A DNA stretch of 64,000 bases. It comes from Armatimonadota bacterium (GTDB taxonomy: Bacteria; Armatimonadota; Hebobacteria; GCA-020354555; CP070648). Under the pieces are notes generated by a model. That model was not told the origin of the DNA and did not search any database. It saw only the letters and a list, made by a program, of their open reading frames with translations. Made by a program: the position numbers and the translations under genes. The stretch spans positions 2,212,692 to 2,276,691 of the forward strand of contig CP070648.1 in the NCBI GenBank assembly GCA_020354555.1, written 5' to 3'. Below are positions 58,795 to 64,000 of this stretch, in pieces (the first letter of the stretch is position 1; every line of letters starts with the position of its first letter).

Positions 58795-60030
58795 TCAGTC
58801 GCCCTCCATCACCCATTCTTCGTTGAACGCCGCGTGCTTGATGCCGCGGCCCGCTGACATCTCGAAAACGTACACGACATGCATCATCCCATCGCGCGTC
58901 TGGATGATCGAAGGATAGGCGAAGTATCCTCGCCCCGCCTCCACCGCCTCCAGATGCCGCTGCCACTTCCAGGTTTCCCCCTCATCGTCGGAGATCGCCA
59001 CCGCCATGGTGTGGCGCCCCTTTTCGGCGTCGTTGTAAACGAGGGCCCAGTGTCCGTTGGCAAGCCGCGTGACCTCGACCCCCGCGCCGGGATTGGGCAA
59101 GTCAGTGGTGGTCGGCATGCTCCACGTGAGCCCATCATCCCTGGATTTGCTGACCAGAATCCGCGGTTCCAGCCCGGCCGAGCGCATCATGGCGACAAGC
59201 ATGCCGTCGCTCTTGCGCACGACGCTGGGCTGGATGCCGCCGCCACCGATGATAAGATTGCTCGTCATCCACGTCTTGCCGCCGTCGTCGGTGATGGCCA
59301 TGACGGAGATCGAGAAGGCGTCTGTGTACAACGGAACGATCAGTCGCCCCAAGGCTTGCCCGCCGGCCGGTGGGCGGGCTTGCTCGCCGGCGGTTGGGCG
59401 GGGCAGCAGCGTCGGATGCGCCCGCGGCATCCAGCCGATGCGCTGCTGAACCTTGTCGGCGGCCCGATCGAGCAACCGGCCCGTGTATTCATCTACCTCC
59501 GTGCGGAACTGCTCCACCAGGTCCGGGTGCGCGGCAAGATAGCGCTCGATGCCCGCCTTCATCTGCTTCTCGAAATCCACCGGTGTGACGTGGAGCACCT
59601 CCTGCCACCCCCACACCGGCGAGCCCTCCGGCATCTGGTAGTCGGTCGAGATCCGGTACTTCAGGAGCGCGGACTGCCACTCGTTGGCGAGCAGCGTCAC
59701 CCAGAACAGCCACAGGCGCCCCTGTGAGTCGAGGATCATGCACGCGTTGTCATCGGGATAGCCCGGCGTATCGGCCATCGTGAACCGCCCGCTCCAGGCA
59801 TTGGAGCTTGCGAGCTTGCGCGCGCCTTCGATGATGACCTCGCCTTTGTTACCATCCAGCCCGTGGTACCACGAGGTCAGGAGATCCCCGTTCGACAGCT
59901 CGATAATGCAGGGCGCGTGGTTGAAGAAGCGCTCCTCGGGCAACACAAACTCGGTTTCATACAACGGTGCCGCGGCGGCCGCGTGGCAGCAGGTCACCAC
60001 GACTAGGGCCAGCACCAGCAGCAACTTCAT
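58795..60030 (-). CDS. BNR/Asp-box repeat sialidase-like protein, paralog 2
   Basis: Signal peptide. Asp-boxes TDDGGKTW, SRDDGLTW, SDDEGETW. GGAGGTG ribosome-binding site. Confidence 0.65.
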   Translation of the reverse strand: MKLLLVLALVVVTCCHAAAAAPLYETEFVLPEERFFNHAPCIIELSNGDLLTSWYHGLDGNKGEVIIEGARKLASSNAWSGRFTMADTPGYPDDNACMILDSQGRLWLFWVTLLANEWQSALLKYRISTDYQMPEGSPVWGWQEVLHVTPVDFEKQMKAGIERYLAAHPDLVEQFRTEVDEYTGRLLDRAADKVQQRIGWMPRAHPTLLPRPTAGEQARPPAGGQALGRLIVPLYTDAFSISVMAITDDGGKTWMTSNLIIGGGGIQPSVVRKSDGMLVAMMRSAGLEPRILVSKSRDDGLTWSMPTTTDLPNPGAGVEVTRLANGHWALVYNDAEKGRHTMAVAISDDEGETWKWQRHLEAVEAGRGYFAYPSIIQTRDGMMHVVYVFEMSAGRGIKHAAFNEEWVMEGD

Positions 60031-60154
60031 CAGTCCCACCTCCGGTTGACGGTACGGCTCGTTCGTCACTTCATCACTTGCCGATTTGTTGCCGTCCGGC
60101 ACGTGCGCATCGCGGGCGCGGCGACTGTGCGACGTCCGCTGTGCCTGCGCTCCA

Positions 60155-61432
60155 TCAATCCGCATCGCCGCGCATCACCCATTCTTCGTCAAATGCCGCG
60201 TGCTTGATGGACTCGCCGCGGTCGCCGACATGATAGCTGTAGGTCGCGTGCAGCGTGCCGTCGCGCGCCTGAACGATCGAAGGATACGAATATGAGCCCT
60301 GGCCGCGTTCCGACAGATCCAGGTGCCTCGTCCATTTCCACGTCTTGCCCTCGTCGTCGGAGATGGACACGGCGAGGCTGTGACGGCCCTCTTCGGTGTC
60401 ATTGTACACGAGCGCCCAGTGGCCGTTGGCGAGGCGGATGACCTCGACGCCGGAACCCGGGTTGGGCAGGTCCATATTCCCGACCGGGGTCCACGTGAGG
60501 CCGTCATCGCTCGACTCGCTGATGCGAATGCGGTTCTGCGGCCCGTTTTCGCGCATCATCGCCACTAGCGTGCCGTCGTTCTTGCGGACTACGCTCGGCT
60601 GGATATTCCCGAAGCCGACCAGCGCCTCACTTGTCAGCCATGTCTTGCCCCAGTCATCCGTGATCGCCATGATCGAGATCGAGAAAGCGTCGGTGTACAA
60701 CGGGACAATCAGCCGCCCGGAGGCTTGCCCGCCGGCTGTTGGGCGGGCTTGCGCGCCAGCGGGTGGGCGAGCTTGCGCGTCGGACGTCGGGCCGGGCAGC
60801 AGCGTTGGGTGTACGCGCGTCATCCAGCCCACGCGCTGCGTCAGCTTGCCGGCAGCGCGCTCGCGAATCCTCTCGGCATAGGCCTCGGCCTGCGGAAAAC
60901 GCTCCATCAGGCGCGGATTCTGCTTGGCGTAGCGTTCAAGGCCCGCGGCGATCTGCGCCTCGAAGTCGTCCGGCGTCACGTGCAGCACGTCCTGCCAGTC
61001 CCACACCGGCGGGCCTTCGGGCATCTGGTAGTCGGACGAGATCCTGTACTTCATCAGCGCCGTGCCCCACTCATTGGCGAGCAGCGTCGGCCAAAAAAGC
61101 CACAGGCGCCCCTGCGGGTCGACGAACATGCAGGGGTTATCGTCCGGATACCCCGGCGTGTCCGCCATGACGAAGGGCTCGCTCCATTGATCCGAGCCGC
61201 TGCGCCTGCGCGCGCCGAGGACGGCAACATCGTCGCCCTTCTCCGGTCCGACCCCGCGGTACCAGCATGCGAGCAGGTCGCCGTTCGGGCACTCGACGAT
61301 GCACGAGGCGTGATTGTGGCGGTTCTGGAGCGGAAAGATCAGCTCCGCTTCGTGTATCGCCTCGGCGCCGAAGGCAAGCCCGGAGCACGCCGCAAAGAGC
61401 ACTGTGATGACCAGAGTCGCGTATGCATTCAC
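60155..61432 (-). CDS. BNR/Asp-box repeat sialidase-like protein, paralog 3
   Basis: GTG start. Signal peptide. Asp-boxes TDDWGKTW, SSDDGLTW, SDDEGKTW. Shares near-identical nucleotide stretches with paralog 1. Confidence 0.6.
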   Translation of the reverse strand: MNAYATLVITVLFAACSGLAFGAEAIHEAELIFPLQNRHNHASCIVECPNGDLLACWYRGVGPEKGDDVAVLGARRRSGSDQWSEPFVMADTPGYPDDNPCMFVDPQGRLWLFWPTLLANEWGTALMKYRISSDYQMPEGPPVWDWQDVLHVTPDDFEAQIAAGLERYAKQNPRLMERFPQAEAYAERIRERAAGKLTQRVGWMTRVHPTLLPGPTSDAQARPPAGAQARPTAGGQASGRLIVPLYTDAFSISIMAITDDWGKTWLTSEALVGFGNIQPSVVRKNDGTLVAMMRENGPQNRIRISESSDDGLTWTPVGNMDLPNPGSGVEVIRLANGHWALVYNDTEEGRHSLAVSISDDEGKTWKWTRHLDLSERGQGSYSYPSIVQARDGTLHATYSYHVGDRGESIKHAAFDEEWVMRGDAD

Positions 61433-61597
61433 GAACGTCGTCCTCACCTTGGTTCTCGTGATGTACCTCGCGCCGACGCATTTGGGATTCCACCTTGACA
61501 TCCGCCGGGCCTGCCCGCGCTGTGGGCTTCTCAGGCCGACGCACCTCATCGCCGCAGGCCTGGACCTCTGCGCCGGTCATTTCGCGGCGGATTCGTT

Positions 61598-61626
61598 TTG
61601 CCTTGCCGCGTATCTAATGTTATAAT
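61598..61626 (+). promoter_or_regulatory. Sigma70-type promoter TTGCCT-N17-TATAAT upstream of the GH38 gene
   Basis: ttTTGCCTtgccgcgtatctaatgtTATAATcgg, 36 nt before ATG 61663. Confidence 0.45.
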
Positions 61627-61662
61627 CGGCGGGATCACGCACAAGGACGGATAGCCGCGATC

Positions 61663-64000
61663 ATGTCCCACACGCCGCTCATCTACCTCGTCCCTCATTT
61701 CCACTACGACCCTGTCTGGCTCGAGGACCAGCGGACGTACACCGCTCAGGCCTTCGAACTCGTCAAGCAATACGTCGAGGCGGCGCAGCAGGATCCGAGC
61801 TTCAAGTTCGTTCTCTCGGAGCTTGACTACCTGAAGCCGTACTGGGATGCGTTCCTGCAGCAGCGCGCTCCGCTCCGCCAACTGGTCGCCGACGGGCGCG
61901 TCGAGCTCAACGGCGGGTACAACGAGCCCAACGAGACGTCGATCCACGGCGAGGCCATCCTCCGCAACCTCATCTACGGCCGGCTGTTTCAGCGCGGCGT
62001 CCTCGGCATCGCGCCGCGCGTCTATCTGCCGCTCGACGTGTTCGGCCACTGCCCGCAGTTGCCCCAGATCCTGCGGCAGCTCGGCTTCGCCGCGTGCGTT
62101 TTCTCCAAGGACATCGCGGGCGTCGCGCCGCTGTGCCGCGCGCTCGCGCTCGACGGGTCGGAGGTCATCCAGAAGCACGAGCACTACTGGTTCAACCCGC
62201 AGTCGTGGGAGGAGTTCTTGGAGAACGTCTTCGCCGGGCCGCAGGTGAACACGGGGCCGCAGCCATCGGGCCTCGACATTGACCTGCGCTTTATCGGTAT
62301 GGATATGGCGCCGCCCCCGAAGTGGCTGCTCGGCCGCGGCGAGGAGTTGGCCCAGCGCGAGCCGGCGATGCGCGTCGGGTTGCCCGAGGAATACCTCGGG
62401 GCGCTCGAGGAGCGGCTGGCGGCCGGCGCGACTCAACTGCCAATCAGCTCCCGCGACCTCGCGATGTACCATCCCGGGACTACGGTCTCGCGCATCGAGC
62501 TGAAGATCGCCAATCGCCTCGCCGAGAACGCGTTGTTCACCGCCGAGCGATTCTGCTCGATGGCGTGGCTGCTCGGCGCGGACTATCCCCACGCCGCGCT
62601 CGACAAGGCGTGGCGGTTGCTCATGTTCGGCCAGCATCACGACGCCATCACCGGCACCCCGTGCGACATCTCTTTCCTCGACCTCATGGCGATGTACCGC
62701 GAAGCTCTCGACATCGCCGAGCGCATCAACAACGACGTGCTCGACGCGCTCGCGGGAGTCGTCGAGACGGCGCCGCCGCGCGGGGAGGCACTGTCCGCGC
62801 TTGTCGTTTTCAACCCGCTGTCGTGGCAGCGAACCGACGTCTGCCGTGCCCGGATCCGCTTCGACCCGCCGGTGACGGGGTTCGCGCTGCGCGACGAGGG
62901 ACGCAAGGACGTGGCGTGCCAGCTTGTCGCCGAACGGCGCGAGGGTGAATCCATCGCCGAAGCGGAGATCGCATTCATCGCGCACGACGTTCCCGCGCTC
63001 GGGTACTCGGTCTACCACGTCGTGCCCGCCGGCAACCCCCCTCGGGGCGGCGAGCGACGTGAGACCGACCGGGCGACGATCGAGAATGAGCACTACACGA
63101 TTAGCGCGGCCGCGTCGGCGGGGGGCGGAATCATCTCCATTCTCGACCGGCAAGCCAAGCGGCAGGTCCTCGAGTTGACGCGCGGACTGCTGGGCAACGA
63201 GCTGGCCGTGCTCGGCGAACAGGCGGACCGACGGCAGCCTGCGTGGACCGTATTCACCACCGGCGAGCAAGCGTTCACCAAGGATGGCACGGCGCGGCTG
63301 TGGGTCGAGCGCGGCCCGGCGATGCAGCGCATCATCGCCGAGGGCGATGCGCCCGACTGCGCCGGCCGCCGGCAGGAAATCGCCCTCTATCCGGGCGTGC
63401 CGCGGATTGATTTCATCACCGACCTGCGCGGCTACCGCGGCGAGCACCAGTTGTTCGTGGCGACATTCCCTCTCAGCCTGGACGGCGTCATGCCCGTTTT
63501 CGAGGAACGCTTCGGGGCGGTGGCGCGCCGCCGCAGTGCGGGGTGCCTGGCCTATCAGACCTTCCAGGGCCAATCCCTTTCGGGCTGCGCTCTACTCCCG
63601 GCGCAGAACTGGATGGAGGCGGGCAACAGCCTGCGCGTCGTCGCACACAGGGCGAGGGGGCGCGCGGAAGCGGGCTTCTCCATCGGCTGGGCGGACGTCA
63701 TCACGGGCTCCGGCGCGGCATCCAGGCGCGCGGGGGAACGCCTCACCCGTTTTCTCGCCGCGCAGGGCGTCACCGCAGCTGCCTTCGCGGACGATGGCGA
63801 TCTCGAGGCCGATCGTCTCAATACAACGTTCCGCTTCTCACTGTCCGTGGGCGGCGACAACGCGCATGCCGGCCGACTGCTCGATGCATGTCCAGCCAAT
63901 GTGCGCGAGCAAGCCGACAAGGCGACACAGCGGCCGGGGTATGCCTTCGTTTTGACTCTCGATCCGCCCCTGAATAGCAGGCGGCTCCCGACGCTGCTGC
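61663..64000 (+). CDS. GH38 alpha-mannosidase (partial; continues beyond the window)
   Basis: Own translation from ATG 61663: MSHTPLIYLVPHFHYDPVWL...GGYNEPNE...MFGQHHDAITGT, all classic GH38 motifs. The frame is open to the end of the window. Confidence 0.8.
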   Translation, partial: MSHTPLIYLVPHFHYDPVWLEDQRTYTAQAFELVKQYVEAAQQDPSFKFVLSELDYLKPYWDAFLQQRAPLRQLVADGRVELNGGYNEPNETSIHGEAILRNLIYGRLFQRGVLGIAPRVYLPLDVFGHCPQLPQILRQLGFAACVFSKDIAGVAPLCRALALDGSEVIQKHEHYWFNPQSWEEFLENVFAGPQVNTGPQPSGLDIDLRFIGMDMAPPPKWLLGRGEELAQREPAMRVGLPEEYLGALEERLAAGATQLPISSRDLAMYHPGTTVSRIELKIANRLAENALFTAERFCSMAWLLGADYPHAALDKAWRLLMFGQHHDAITGTPCDISFLDLMAMYREALDIAERINNDVLDALAGVVETAPPRGEALSALVVFNPLSWQRTDVCRARIRFDPPVTGFALRDEGRKDVACQLVAERREGESIAEAEIAFIAHDVPALGYSVYHVVPAGNPPRGGERRETDRATIENEHYTISAAASAGGGIISILDRQAKRQVLELTRGLLGNELAVLGEQADRRQPAWTVFTTGEQAFTKDGTARLWVERGPAMQRIIAEGDAPDCAGRRQEIALYPGVPRIDFITDLRGYRGEHQLFVATFPLSLDGVMPVFEERFGAVARRRSAGCLAYQTFQGQSLSGCALLPAQNWMEAGNSLRVVAHRARGRAEAGFSIGWADVITGSGAASRRAGERLTRFLAAQGVTAAAFADDGDLEADRLNTTFRFSLSVGGDNAHAGRLLDACPANVREQADKATQRPGYAFVLTLDPPLNSRRLPTLL

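Noticed and set aside
1-64000. Searched by eye for tRNA T-loop/acceptor signatures, rRNA, CRISPR repeats, and transposase/integrase genes
   Set aside because: None found. The only GTTCGAAT-like string (about 207-214) lies inside the radical SAM coding start region with no cloverleaf context.

Overview
High-GC (about 68%) chromosomal segment from a diderm bacterium. LptA/LptC/LpxD, BamA, Skp and a TonB-dependent receptor indicate an outer membrane. No rRNA, tRNA, CRISPR array, transposase or integrase was seen. I resolved about 55 protein-coding genes at high coding density. Housekeeping content: a gap-pgk-tpiA glycolytic operon followed directly by moaC, a MOSC-domain gene and mogA; rimO; cdaA-cdaR (c-di-AMP); lepB; hypA-hypB; an archaeal-type cupin phosphoglucose isomerase operon; a UPF0182 membrane protein; a citramalate/isopropylmalate synthase; and an ECF sigma factor sitting directly on a bamA-skp-lpxD-lptC-lptA envelope operon. 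Accessory content is dominated by secreted glycan-degrading enzymes: a 1000-aa (alpha/alpha)6-type hydrolase, a heparinase II/III-like lyase, a GH20-like hydrolase, three tandem paralogous BNR/sialidase-like genes and a GH38 alpha-mannosidase that runs off the window end. Points I think most worth a second look: (1) the sialidase x3 + GH20-like + GH38 block reads as a complex N-glycan deconstruction locus; (2) two genes (an LplA-like ligase and the GH20-like hydrolase) carry in-frame TAG codons with conserved sequence on both sides, although TAG is clearly used as a stop elsewhere; (3) a minus-strand thiol-disulfide locus (arsR, DUF318 permease, redox-active disulfide protein 2, a PF04060-type Fe-S protein, two thioredoxins, CcdA); (4) a radical-SAM/methyltransferase/DUF4037-like operon with overlapping stops and starts; (5) an orphan FecE-type ABC ATPase carrying an unknown 170-aa C-terminal domain and translationally coupled to the LplA-like gene. 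Coordinates of small motifs may be off by 1-2 nt; CDS coordinates were derived by codon arithmetic from the supplied ORF track.
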